Origin: Octopus sinensis
Lineage: Eukaryota
Assembly: GCF_006345805.1 (NCBI RefSeq)
Contig: NC_043020.1
Coordinates: 10,726,001 to 10,790,000, forward strand
Direction of reading: 5' to 3'
Length of the DNA: 64,000 nucleotides
This document shows positions 13,021 to 25,625 of this stretch, piece by piece. The translations under genes were made by a program, and so were the position numbers. Each line of letters starts with the position of its first letter. Position 1 is the first letter of the stretch. The notes under the pieces were generated by a model. It had not been told where the DNA came from. It made no database searches and saw only the letters and a program-made list of their open reading frames with translations.

Positions 13021-15411
13021 TATATATATATATATATATATATGTAAATTAATCAAAGGACATACTAAGTATGTCTGCCTGCTGGAAATAACAGTCAAAA
13101 CTCTTATTTAAATTGCCAAAATACACTGATAAATAACTACAGAAATCAATTGTCCGAAGGCAAATGGGCTAAGACAATCACCCAACGTACATTTAAGTAT
13201 TTTGCACTTGTGAGATGAATTTTGGAACAGAAATAGCGCAAACTTTAAGTGACACATTTTTGGTGGTTCTACGATTTGTTGGCTAGGAGGAGATGTGCCG
13301 GGAAGTTAAACACACAGTCACACACACAGATACACACACAGACACACAAGTTGAGTTTTATATATATAGACATTAAATATATATATATAAATATTTGGTG
13401 GTACTAGTAATGGCTTACGCTCGTTCTGATACCATGAGTTGAGGTGATGTCTTCTAGTGCCTTCAAATTTAATACACAATTATTAATAATTGAGACGCAA
13501 TTATTTATAATTGAAGAGTCCTACGCAGAAGAGAAAAATAGTTGAGTAAGACATAATTATTTAATTTTTATGCTTTCCTATGACTTAATTTTGAAACGTA
13601 TGTCCGTAGGTGACTTAATATAGAATGATTGTCGTCATTTCTTTCTCTTTTGCCTGCGTTGTTTGCCTTTTAAGTGCTGTGGTTTTACTGGGATCTCCCT
13701 TTTAAGCAGAAAGAATAGCCATAACTCTTTGACTGCTATTTCTAAATTCGGTGTGTGGTGAGGCAAATCGTTGCCAAACCCTTAATTACTTAGTAAATAT
13801 ATATATATATATATCACCGTGACCGACCAGGTTATCAGATGTTGCTACACATCGCTGGTCACAATGCGCTTCGCATTGTTTTAGCCTTCAAATGACGCCA
13901 CACCGCTGGCTAAGCAAAGAAGGCTTATATATATATATATATATAATATATATATATACGTTAAATGATGATGATGATGATATATATATGTTTGCATATA
14001 TATATATATATAAATTAAAATTCTTTTTTATAGTGAGATGAAGGGGCCTACTATCTCTAAATGAAAATATATATTTCCTCATTGAGAATAATTTAAACCC
14101 CTGTTATGCCGATATTTTTATTCCCTAATTAATAAAATTAAATATATATATAGACATAGATATGTATATATATATATAGATATACACATATCCTCAATCA
14201 GTCATGGCCACTCATTCATGGACTTTTAAACTTTCAACAGTGAGCCTGCTCTTTAACTCTGTTAGATTCATTCTGTCTCTAATATAGCAATGCATTTGTG
14301 TGTGTGTGTGCAAGTGTGTGTGTGTGTGTGTATAAAGCTGGTTCTAACCGGCCATGTAATATCCTGTTCTAAGAAAACACGCTGGTTTTTAACTCATTGC
14401 CCAAGTCCCAATATGTCCCAGCTTGCTCCGATTCTTCCTGTGACACTTCCCACCTGTCCCCTAACCACCACCACCATCACCAGACCACCCAAACAGCTTG
14501 CGTGACTTAGTCGCATGCCGCAAGGTTTTCTCTTCGGGGCAACAGCTTAAAAATAAAAATAAAATAATAACCCCTAATAATAAGCAGCAGCAACTCCCAT
14601 GTTGCACTTCGATACGGTTGAGCCTTTAAGGCACGTATAACTGAAATACTACTGAAGTTTGTTGTATTCTCTCTCGGTACCCCTCTCTCAGAGATACCCT
14701 ACTTTCTCTCTCTCTCTCCTTTTTTTTTTTTTTGTATTTTCAACCACCGAATTATAAGTGTCAGGCCATTAGTGTATACATAAATTTTTTTCTTTTTTAC
14801 TTGTTTCAGTCATTTGACTGCGGCCATGCTGGAGCACCGCCTTTTTTAATCGAGCAACTCGACCCCGGGAGTTATTCTTTTTGTAAGCCCAGTACTTATT
14901 CTATCGATCTCTTTTGCCGAACCACTAAGTTACGGGAATGTAAACACACCAGCATCAGTTGTCAAGTAATGCTAGGGGGACAAACACAGACACACAAACA
15001 TACACGCACACACACACACACACACCAATCATCATCATCATCATCATCATTTAGCGTCCGCTTTCCATGCTAGCATGGGTTGGACGGTTCAACTGGGGTC
15101 CAGGAAGCCAGAAGCTGCACCAGGCCCGTCTGATTTGGCAATGCTTCTACGGCCAATGCCCTTCCTAACGCCAACCACGCCGAGAGTGTAGTTGGTGCTT
15201 TTTATGTGCCACCGGCACAGGTGCCAGACGGGCTGGCAATGGCCATGATCGGATGGTGCTTTTTACGTGCCACCGGCACACGAGGCCCAGGCGAGGCTGG
15301 CAGCGGCCACGATTGGATGGTGCTTTTTACGTCCCACCATAAAATACAAAATGGGACAAGAACGCAAAACGTCTGGACAGCTAGGGACATACATAATTAT
15401 ATATATAATAT

Positions 15412-15442
<31 letters not shown>

Positions 15443-16118
15443 CACCGCGACCGACCAGATTGTCAGATGTTGCATACATCGCTGGTCACAATGCGCTTCA
15501 CATTGTTTTAAGCCTTGAAATGACGCCACCCCACTTGGCTTAGCTAGCAGGCCAATATATAATATATATATATTTACACATACACATTTATGTCTTGTTT
15601 TGAAGATTGTTGCTATGAAATAATATTTGAAGCAGATATTTATTTGTTTTTCTTTTAGTAACAAGTAAGATGAATACAAATGTGAATTAAGCAAACCCAT
15701 TCAACATGCAAATACAGACACAAATGCATGCACAGACGATAGAGACACATATCTAAATTTGGTAAGTATGTGTGTTAAAATGAGATGTTAGTGTCATTTT
15801 TCATTTTTGTGTAATATAGATAACAGTTTGTTTATCACCACACACCCTGTTTATATGTATGTATATATATATATATACGTTGTCAATTAAACATGCACAC
15901 TGCACATTGCTCCTCATGTCATCTGTTTCATTATTTTTGTTTCTTTAGATATCTTTTGTACCATCCCATGTGTTGCAATTTGTTCTACTTATTCCATTTT
16001 GTCTTTTTGGGATATATATATATATATATATATTTAACACATACCTATATATGCATATATATATACATATATATATACATATATATATGCATATACATAT
16101 ATATGCATATATATATAC

Positions 16119-17930
16119 ATGCATGTTCGCATGGAGGATGGTTCACTTGCGCTAAATGAGGATGCAAAGAGAGAAGCTTGGAGACGCCACTATGAAAGGT
16201 TACTGAATGAGGAAAATGAATGGGATAAAGAGAGTCTGCCGAATGTTGACCCTACAGAGGGACCAGCTATCCGAGTTGATAGTTCCGTGGTAGCTAAGGC
16301 AATTAGAAGCATGAAGACAGGGAAAGCCCCAGGCCCATCAGGAATTACTGCAGAGATGCTCAAAATATCTGGCAGTGTCGGCTATAACCTAGTCACCCGT
16401 ATAGTCAACCAGGTGATACACGAAGGAGTCATACCCAATGACTGGTGCAGCAGCATACTAGTCAACTGCTACAAAGGTAAAGGTGATGCCCTAGATACAA
16501 ATAATTACAGAGGTATCAAGCTGTTGGATCAAGTAATGAAGGTTACGGAGAGGAGTCATAGCCCAACTAATTAGAGAGAGAGTTAGTTTAGATGAGATGC
16601 AGTTTGGGTTCGTGCCAGGGAAAAGTACCACTGATGCTATATTCCTGGTAAGGCAGCTGCAGGAGAAATACCTAGCCAAAGATAAGCCCCTGTACCTGGC
16701 TTTCGTTGACATGGAGAAAGCTTTTGATAGGGTCCCCCGATCCCTTATCTGGTGGTCAATGAGGAAACTAGGGATAGATGAATGGCTGGTGAGGACTGTG
16801 CAAGCCATGTACAGAGATGCCGTAAGTAAGGTTAGGGTTGGCAACATGTACACAGAAGAATTCAAAGTAGAGGTTGGGGTCCACCAGGGTTCAGTACTCA
16901 GCCCCCTCCTATTTATCATAGTACTCCAGGCAATTACGGAGGAATTCAAGACAGGCTGTCCCTGGGAGCTCCTCTACGCTGACGACCTTGCTCTTATTGC
17001 TGAGTCACTATCAGAACTGGAGGAGAAGTTCCAGGTGTGGAAGGAGGGTTTAGAATCAAGGGGCCTTAGAGTCAACCTAGCTAAAACCAAAGTACTAATA
17101 AGTAGAAAGGTAGACAATCCACAAATATCTTCAGGAAGATGGCCCTGCTCGATCTGTAGAAAAGGTGTAGGTAGAAACTCTATAAGATGTACCCAGTGTA
17201 AGCTATGGACACATAAGAGGTGCAGCAATGTCAAAGGTAGGCTAACTGGGAAGATAGTTTTTGTATGTGGCAGATGCTCGGGAGCATTAACCTCCGAAAA
17301 TCTGCAGAAAACAACTTCCGTCACTTTCCAGGGGGAAAAACTAGAAGTAGTTGATAGCTTCCGTTATCTAGGTGACCAAGTCAGTAGTGGGGGTGGGTGC
17401 GCTGAAAGTGTAACTGCTAGAATAAGAATAGCCTGGGCAAAGTTTAGGGAGCTCTTACCTCTGCTGTGACTAAAGGCCTCTCGCTCAGAGTAAAAGGCAG
17501 ACTGTATGATGCGTGTGTACGAACAGCCATGCTACATGGCAGCGAAACATGGCCGTGACTGCTGAGGACATGCGTAAGCTCGTGAGGAATGAAGCCAGTA
17601 TGCTCCGATGGATGTGTAATGTCAGTGTACATACTCGACAGAGCGTTAGCACCTTGAGAGAATGTTGTACCTAAGAAGCATCAGTTGTGGTGTGCAAGAG
17701 AGACGATTGCGCTGGTATGGTCATGTGGCGAGAATGGATGAAGATAGGTGTGTGAGAAAGTGCCAATCCCTAGCAGTTGAGGGAAACCCGTGGGAGAGGT
17801 AGACCCAGGAAAACCTGGGACGAGGTGGTGAGCACGACCTTCGAACTTTAGGCCTCACTGAGGAAATGACCAGAGACCGAGACCTTTGGAAATATTCTGT
17901 ACGTGAGAAGACCAGGCAGGACAAGTGAGC
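16119..17930 (+). mobile_element. 5'-truncated RTE-clade LINE, ORF2 (RT with an inserted PHD finger), frameshifted
   Basis: KTGKAPGPSGITAEMLK, YKGKGD...NYRGIKLL, QFGFVPGKSTTDAIF, AFVDMEKAFDRV, GVHQGSVLSPLLF, LLYADDL, FRYLG. Frameshifts near 16555 and 17465. Confidence 0.93.
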
Positions 17931-18018
17931 CCAGCCCACTTATGAATGCTTTCCTCCCTTGGACACAAAGACCGGCTGAGGCAAGCGAAGTCGATATAGA
18001 ACCTCATCCGACGACAGA

Positions 18019-18450
18019 CACCCATGCCAACCCCCCATGCTTGCGAAGACATGTTGGGGCAAGCGAAATCGAAACCGAATTGAACCAGCCAGGACCTGGC
18101 CTGGTGGTACGTAAAAGCACACTATCCGACTCATGGCCGTGGCACGTAAAATACTCCAATGCGACCGTACGACAGGCACCCATGCCAACCTCCTTTGCTT
18201 GTGAAGACATGTTGGCAAGCGAAATCGAAATCGAATCGAATTGAACCAGCCAGGATCCCTGGTCTGGTGGTACGTGGAAAGCACTATCCGACTCGTGGCC
18301 GTGGCACGTAAAATACTCCAATGCGACCGTATGACAGGCACCCTTGCCAACCCCCTTGCTTGTGAAGACATGTTGGGGCAAGCGAAATCGAAATCGAATT
18401 GAACCAGCCGGATCCCTGGTCTGGTGGTACGTAGGAAGCACTATCCAACT
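18019..18450 (+). repeat. About 160-bp tandem units (x2.7) downstream of the RTE ORF
   Basis: Units start cacccatgccaacc at 18019, 18177 and 18339. Each carries gcttgtgaagacatgttg..gcaagcgaaatcgaa. Confidence 0.8.
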
Positions 18451-18735
18451 CGTGGCCGATGCCAGCACCGCCCGTCTGGCTTCCGTGCCGGTGGCACATA
18501 AAATACACCAATCTGACCGTGGCTTTTGCCAGCCCCGCCTGGCACCTGTGCAGGTGGCACGTAAAAAGCACCCACTACACTCACGGAGTGGTTTGGCGTT
18601 AGGAAGGGCATCCAGCTGTAGAAACATTGCCAAATTAGACTGGAGCCTGGTGCAGCCTTCTGGCTTCCCAGAACCCCGGTCGAACCGTCCACCCATGCTA
18701 GCATGGAGAACGGACGTTAAACGACGATGATGATG
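18440..18735 (+). mobile_element. V-domain-like SINE with (ATG)n tail (representative)
   Basis: ggaagggcatccagctgtagaaac core; tail catgctagcatgga..ggacgttaaacgatgatg. Copies at about 3360-3800(-), 4640-4800(-), 7395-7560(+), 7810-8005(+), 10970-11225(+), 15020-15330(-), 19405-19690(+), 23545-23765(+), 28560-28885(-) and 31605-31905(-). Confidence 0.85.
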
Positions 18736-19877
18736 ACGATAGCATATATATATATGCATATATATATACATATATATATGCAATATATATATACATATAT
18801 ATATACATATATATATGCATATATATATATATGCATATATATATACATATATATATACATATATATATGCATAAAGAAAAATATATATAATAGCAGCAGA
18901 AATATAGACTGCAGAATATCTAGGGTTCTACGAAGCATAAAAAAACCTGTGAATTGGTGGGAGGTCGGGGAAAGAAATTATTCCCACAGATAATATTTCT
19001 ACGAGAAAAAAATATGCGATTGTCTGTAAGTAAATAAATGGATGAGATTTGGAGGACAGAAACACTAGTAAGGAGTTTAAATGTAAGTGCGTATGGGTGA
19101 GTGTATGTGTGTGCGTTTGTGAAGTATATATATATGGAAGTGTATATATATAGATATGTATATCTGTGTGTGTATGTCTGTCTGTATGTATGTACGTATG
19201 TATATGCACACACATCTATATATATATTAATTGGTGAGAGAGAGTTGGTATGTAAAGCATGTGGTTGGATGTCATATATATATATATATGTATATATGTG
19301 TATATGCATATGTATAATATGCATATTATAATATATATTATATATAATATATATATATATATATATGCATATATATAGGTATATATATATATGTATGTAT
19401 ATATTGGCCGATGCCAGCACCGCCTCGACTGGCTTCCGTGCCGGTGGCACATAAAATACACCAATCCGACCGTGGCCGTTGCCAGCCTCGCCTGGCACCT
19501 GTGCAGGTGGCACGTAAAAAGCACCCACTACACTCACGGAGTGGTTGGTTTAGGAAGGGCATCCAGCTGTAGAAATATTGCCAGATTAGACTGGAGCCTG
19601 GTGCAGCCTTCTGGCTTCCCAGAACCCCGGTCGAACCGTCCAACCCATGCTAGCATGGAGAACGGACGTTAAACGATGATGATGATGATATATATGCATA
19701 TATATATACATATATATGTATATACATATACATATATATAAATATATATATACATATATATATAAAATATTATATATATGTATATATTATATATATATAA
19801 ATTCAGGGTGAATACTTGATATTTATAAGCACCTGTATATCCCATTTAGTGGTATGTTCTTATTTTGTTAATATACT

Positions 19878-19915
<38 letters not shown>

Positions 19916-20407
19916 TACATACATATATACGATGGGCTTCTTTCAGTTTCCGTCTACCAAATCTACTCACAAGGCTTTGGTCGGCTCGAGGCTATAGTAG
20001 AAGACACTTGCCCAAGGTGCCACAAAGTGGGACTGAACCCGGAACCATGTGGATGGTAAACAAGCTACTTACTCATATTTATATATATAAACAGATTACA
20101 TATTTGCATATGTCAGCATGATTTACATACATATTTGCATGCAGAATGGTTGCATTTGATACTACAGATGCATTTCTCGGTCACAAGGGTTAAATTTCAA
20201 GAAGTAAGAGAAATAGTTCATTTTTTGCAGGACCGTTTCTATTTCTTCCATGTTGATTGGAGGCAAAATGTGCTAGCTTTTTTTTTTTAAACCACTTGTT
20301 TTAAGAAGTATATCATTAATATTATGCATACATGTCTCCAAAACTGCACATATACACACTCAGTGTATGAGTTTTTTGCACATATATGTGTATGTATGTA
20401 TATTAGT

Positions 20408-20571
20408 AGGCGCAAGAATGGCTGTGTGGTAAGTAGCTTGTTTACCAACCACATGGTTCCGGGTTCAATCCCACTGCGTGGCACCTTGGGCAAGAGTCTT
20501 CTACTATAGCCTCGGGCCAACCAAAGCCTTGTGAGTGGATTTGGTAGACGGAAAGTGAAAGAAGCCCGTCG

Positions 20572-20605
<34 letters not shown>

Positions 20606-20820
20606 AATACATTTGTGTGTCTATGTTTGTCCCCCCAACATTGCTTGACAACCGATGCTGGTGTATTTACGTCCCCGTCACTTAGCAGTTCGGCAAAAAG
20701 AGACCGATACAATAAGTACTGGGCTTACAAAAAGAATAAGTCCCGGGGTCGGGTTGCTCGGTTAAAGGCGGTGCTCCAGCATGGCTGCAGTCAAATGACT
20801 GAAACAGTAAAAGAGTAAAA
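20408..20820 (+). mobile_element. Full-length tRNA/CORE-like SINE with internal microsatellite (representative of many copies)
   Basis: Head gagtggctgtgtggtaag..ggttcaatccc, core ggcaccttgggcaag, tail (AGTAAAAG)n. Other copies at about 1975-2300(-), 2485-3140(+), 11235-11620(-), 11998-12385(-), 26698-27085(+), 30285-31105(-), 35100-36031(-), 39682-40083(-), 40985-41372(-) and 57865-58264(-). Confidence 0.9.
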
Positions 20821-21139
20821 ATATATATATATATATATATATATATCTTCATGGGTAGAGGTAGACCCAGGAAGACATGGGATGAGGTGGTCAAGCATTA
20901 TAATGGTTATTGACAATTTCTCTATTCTCAGCATATTTGGCATTCAAATTTTTTTTCTTTTGCCCTTATTTTATAAGTTATATATGTGTGTGTGTGTGTG
21001 TGCTTGTTTAAATGTATATATTGATATGTTTTGCAAGAAACAGTCAGGTTTTTTTCTCTAACATTCAACATAGTTCAATCTAAAGGGAAGGTAGTGGAGA
21101 AGAAGTGATGACTAACTAGCATATCTATCTATTTATCTA

Positions 21140-21350
21140 TCCATATCATATCATATATCATATAACATATATACCATATCATATCCATATATTATATCAT
21201 ATCAAATCGTACACCGCACCGCACCACACCACACCACACCTCACCACACCACACCACACCACACCCACCACACACCACATCACATCACATCACATCACAT
21301 CACATCACATCACACCACACCACACCACATCACATCACACATCACATCAT
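21140..21350. repeat. Compound pentanucleotide microsatellite (ATATC)n/(CACCA)n/(CACAT)n
   Basis: Read directly. Confidence 0.9.
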
Positions 21351-21401
21351 ATTATATATAATTATTGTGGCGATGGTGGTGAAGAAAGGAACTGAAATTA
21401 C

Positions 21402-21657
21402 CAGATTCTGTGAGATCAGAAATTTCAACATCATCTTCGTTTCCAGAGCTGGAATTATGAAGATCATTATCATCATCATCATCATCGTTATCATCATCAT
21501 TACTGTTGATCCTATCTTCTTCTTCGGTAAGACCACTGTCCTCAACAGACAAGTGGCTCTTTGCCTGCAGTGCTTTGAGCTTTTCCAAGAATTTCTTCTT
21601 GTCCTTATCCTGTTTGTACGACTGCTGGGTTTGAACCAGCAACTTCAGGATTCGTTG
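21402..21657 (-). CDS. TONSL: TONSL coding exon, end of TPR region plus acidic tract (QRILKLLVQTQQSYKQDKDKKKFLEKLKALQAK...NDDDNDDDDDDND...SDLTES)
   Basis: 256 nt, phase 0-1. Acceptor ttttttctttcag| and donor CTG|gtaatt. Open frame matches ORF-track 21352..21642. TONSL has an acidic region between its TPR and ankyrin domains. Confidence 0.85.
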
Positions 21658-21749
21658 CTGAAAGAAAAAACAGTTTAATTACAGATTGAGTGGATTTCTT
21701 GGATTGTTCTAGAACAAACCATAAGCACAATTACAATGTCACAAGGATA

Positions 21750-22100
21750 ATAATAATAATATAATAATGAAATTATTGTATACAGTGCTCAGGTGCACCA
21801 CAACTTGTCAAACAGTGCGTATAAAGCATATGCAGTAATGTACAAATGTCTGGAAAGCGAACAGTGTATGAGTCAGATACATGCTTACGTGTGTATGGAG
21901 GGGAGAAAATCAGGTGTAGTGTTGGCGAATCTCAGGAAGCATGGAAGTTTTGAAGGATGCAGTGCTCCGACAACTAACAACTGATGCTGGCAGTTTGTTC
22001 CATGCTTCAGCAACTCTTAGCATGAAAAAATATTTCCGAAAGTCATGGGAGCTGTGCTGTTTTCTGACTTTGTAAATATGTCCACAGGTGTTAGACAGAT
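21750..22100 (-). mobile_element. CR1-type LINE 3' fragment
   Basis: Highly similar to 36885-37210. Confidence 0.85.
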
Positions 22101-22499
22101 GTTAAATATAAATGTACATAACATTACACACACACACACACACACATGATGTATTTGCTTCCATATAAAAAGTAATAATCACATTTTTCAGCTAGTTTGC
22201 CCCATTATGTCATTCAGTAAGAAAATACATAAATAAGTAAAGGAAAATTTGTGTGTATTTACACACACATAGAAACAAGTGTTAGCGAATATAGATAGAG
22301 TGGCTGTGTGGTAAGAAGCTTGCTTCCTAACCACATGGTTCCAGGTTGAGTCACACTGCATGGCACCTTGGGCATGTACCTTCGACTATAGCCTCGGGCC
22401 GATCAGAGCCTTGAGAGTGAATTTGGCAGATAGAAATTGAAAGAAGCTCATCACAAACACATTCCTACATACATACACACACACACACACGTATATATA

Positions 22500-22544
<45 letters not shown>

Positions 22545-22598
22545 AGTTCATTAGCCGCTACACACACATTTTTTTCTCTCCTTGCTTTTTCTGTGTCC

Positions 22599-22634
22599 CT
22601 TTCTGTAGAAGAGCGTAGGCTCAAAATGTAAAAG
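22599..22634 (+). ncRNA. Degenerate minimal hammerhead motif in a PLE-like 3' fragment
   Basis: CTTT CTGTAGA a GAGC-gtag-GCTC AAAA TGTA^AAAG. Stems I and II are intact; the core is mutated. Confidence 0.6.
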
Positions 22635-22719
22635 ACTTTTTCTATTCCTGAGTGTCAGATTAATACATCTGTTTGTTTTGATACACACCTGACTCGTCTT
22701 TTGATTTTTTTGTAAACTC

Positions 22720-22782
<63 letters not shown>

Positions 22783-23264
22783 TATATGTATATATATAAC
22801 GTATATATATATATGTGGTGTATATATGTATATATTATATACGTATATATATATATATATCTATATATGATTTTGATTTTGATTTTCCAGTTTCAGCTCA
22901 TATATAGATAATTGTATATATATGTATATATACATATATATATAATGTCGTAAAAGACAAATAAGATGATAATTTTTTTTGAATGCAGAAATGTTGTTAG
23001 AGCAGCAGTAAATGACCCTTACAAAAAGGAAAAAATTTGTCACACACACAGGCATAGAGATATATACACACGTGCATAAATATATACATAAAATAAATAA
23101 CAATGCACATACGCATGCATACTTCTGCTAATAATGGAATATTTACATGCATATACACAGTACGGAATGCAGAGATAAGTTAGACAGGTGGGGCAGAAAA
23201 AAAATCAAAAATAGCAATAAAATTTTTTTTTGCCATCCTTCTTTTCTCCCTCACATTTTATATA

Positions 23265-23479
23265 CAGGTGGCCCAAGAGTAGGGTTACAGTTATCATGTA
23301 GGCACTTTAAAATTTCTTTTAAAACATTTTTTCATTACATTTAAATTGTATCTTACAATTAATTAAATTAGCATAGAATAATGGTTTCATATTTTTTTAT
23401 AATTAAGATCTAAACAGTTAATATATGAATGCAAAAGAGATAGTGGAATAACTGTAAAGCTACTTTTTGGGCCACCCTG
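23265..23479. mobile_element. Tc1/mariner MITE
   Basis: TIRs CAG(G)GTGGCCCAA..GTAG..TTACAGTTAT with TA target-site duplication. Confidence 0.8.
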
Positions 23480-23498
23480 TATGTATGTATATATATAT

Positions 23499-23542
<44 letters not shown>

Positions 23543-23764
23543 AAAGCACCAGCCGATCGTGGCCGTTTGACAGCCTCCTCTGGCCCCTGTGCTGGTTGGC
23601 ACGAAAAAAACACCCACTACACTCACAGAGTGTTGCGTTAGGAAGGGCATCCAGCTGTAGAAACACTTCCAAATCACTAGAGCCTGGGCAGCCTTCATGG
23701 TTCCAGACCCCGGTCGAACCGTCCAACCCATACTACCATGGAAAACAGACGTTAAATGATGATG

Positions 23765-23808
<44 letters not shown>

Positions 23809-24797
23809 CAGGGATGTGCCACCTGGTTAGTCAAGGTAGGCAGTGCCTACCCTGAATAAAATAGATTGATAGTAATATTTTCATTTTATGGCAAAATACC
23901 CACCAAATTCAATAACATTATGAAAGTTACTCTGGTTACTATGCATAAAATACAAAATATTTTGTTTTTGTAGATTAAATAGGCATAATTTACCCCAGCC
24001 TTTCAATCTCAGTATTGCTGTAGCACACATGCTGCGTACATTCCTACAACAACATTCTCTTTAGGTACCATAAAGGCCCCCAACTCAGTCACGTCCCTGT
24101 GTTTCGCTTAGTTTATTTTTTTGTGTGTTTTTACTACATAAACATCACTAATTGCCTACCCTGAGTAATTACTGACGGCACGTGCCTGATATTTATACAT
24201 GTATACCTATCATCATCATTTAACATCTATTATCCATATTAGTAGGGTTAGATGGTTCAAGTGGCACTGGTAGGTCAGAGAGCTGTACCAGGTTCCAGTC
24301 TAGTGTGGCTCTGTTTCTACAGCTGGATGACGTCCTTCCTAACACCAACCACTTTACAACGTGTGGTGTGTGTGCTTTTTATGTGCCACCAACAGAAGGC
24401 ACAGTAGGGGGAGTGGCATTAACACTTCTGTTGTGGAGGATGCACCTTCTTGTGTATGTATTGAGACCCCCTTCGGTCAGACACTGACCATGGGCTTGCA
24501 CCTAGAAAGTTACCCAAGTCTGGGCAAGGTTGTTTATGGAAGACCAGCAGTCACCCATGCATACCGGCCTCCCCTCTCCACGCCACCAGTGTTATCCAAG
24601 GGAAAGGCAAAGGGGCCGATACAGCTTGGCACCTGTGACATCGCAACTCATTTCTACAGCTGAGTTTAACTGGAGCAACATGAAATAAAGTTTCTTGCTC
24701 AAGAACACAACACGCAGCCTGGTCCGGGATTCAAGCTCACAACCTCATGATCATAAGCTCAACACTCTAACCACTGAACCATGCGCCTTCACTCGAG

Positions 24798-24868
<71 letters not shown>

Positions 24869-25013
24869 GAGTGTGTACATATATGGTTATGATGATGATT
24901 TTCAACATCATTTAGATAACACATTCTATTAGATAACGAAAGAAGTTTTAATTTTAAATGAGACATTTTGAATGAAGTAAACATGGGTGGCCCAGGTGGA
25001 TTAAAGTACTTAC

Positions 25014-25139
25014 CTCAAGCCGTACGTTTTTTGCTTCTCTGGCAAAATTCAAGGCGCGAAGATAGGAGAGCTTGATAACCTCATAACTCATCTTGATAAT
25101 TTCTTGGTTGATGCCTAAATTGATAAGAGTCTGGCAGCT
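25014..25139 (-). CDS. TONSL: TONSL coding exon, TPR (SCQTLINLGINQEIIKMSYEVIKLSYLRALNFAREAKNVRLE)
   Basis: 126 nt, phase 0-0. Acceptor ttttctctcattttcag| and donor GAG|gtaagt. Resembles recalled human [41 protein letters not shown]. Confidence 0.87.
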
Positions 25140-25270
25140 CTGAAAATGAGAGAAAATAAGAGGGTATTAATACTGCTTTCAAATTTCGGCACAAGGCCAG
25201 CAATTTCAGGGAAGGGGCTAAGTTGATTACATCAACCTTAGTGTTCAACTGGCACTTATTTTATAGACCA

Positions 25271-25625
25271 CTAGCACTATGACACGGCAACGCCAGGTCA
25301 TAGTGCTACTGCATGCATATACAGCTGCGTCTGCGCGCACATACACGCAAGTACTGTCCAAATCTCAGACCAATCACATACAGCTAGCTGGCATTCAGTT
25401 GGCGTATCAAGTTTCAGGCATTTTGATTGGATTTTGGATAGAAAATTTACAAAAAAGTCACTTCTATTGATTTTTTTAATGGCTTTGCCGGGTGACTGGG
25501 GAAATGTAGAGATGTGCACGACCACCCTTGGATGGTTTTGAATGACCATAGAAAGTGCGAGCCCTCTAACTGAAAAATTGTGGATTTGTAAACGCACACA
25601 CAGACATTTTGCCGTTTATATATAG
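25271..25625 (-). mobile_element. Non-autonomous Helitron, family 2
   Basis: 3' hairpin tagcactatgac/gtcatagtgcta ending CTAG|T; second copy at 58528-58889. Confidence 0.75.

Noticed and set aside
14025-14075. Very degenerate hammerhead-like stretch (gtgagatgaaggggcc...)
   Set aside because: Core and helices cannot be reconstructed.
20408-20480. tRNA genes at SINE heads
   Set aside because: A/B boxes are present but the sequences continue into SINE core and tail; no acceptor stem.
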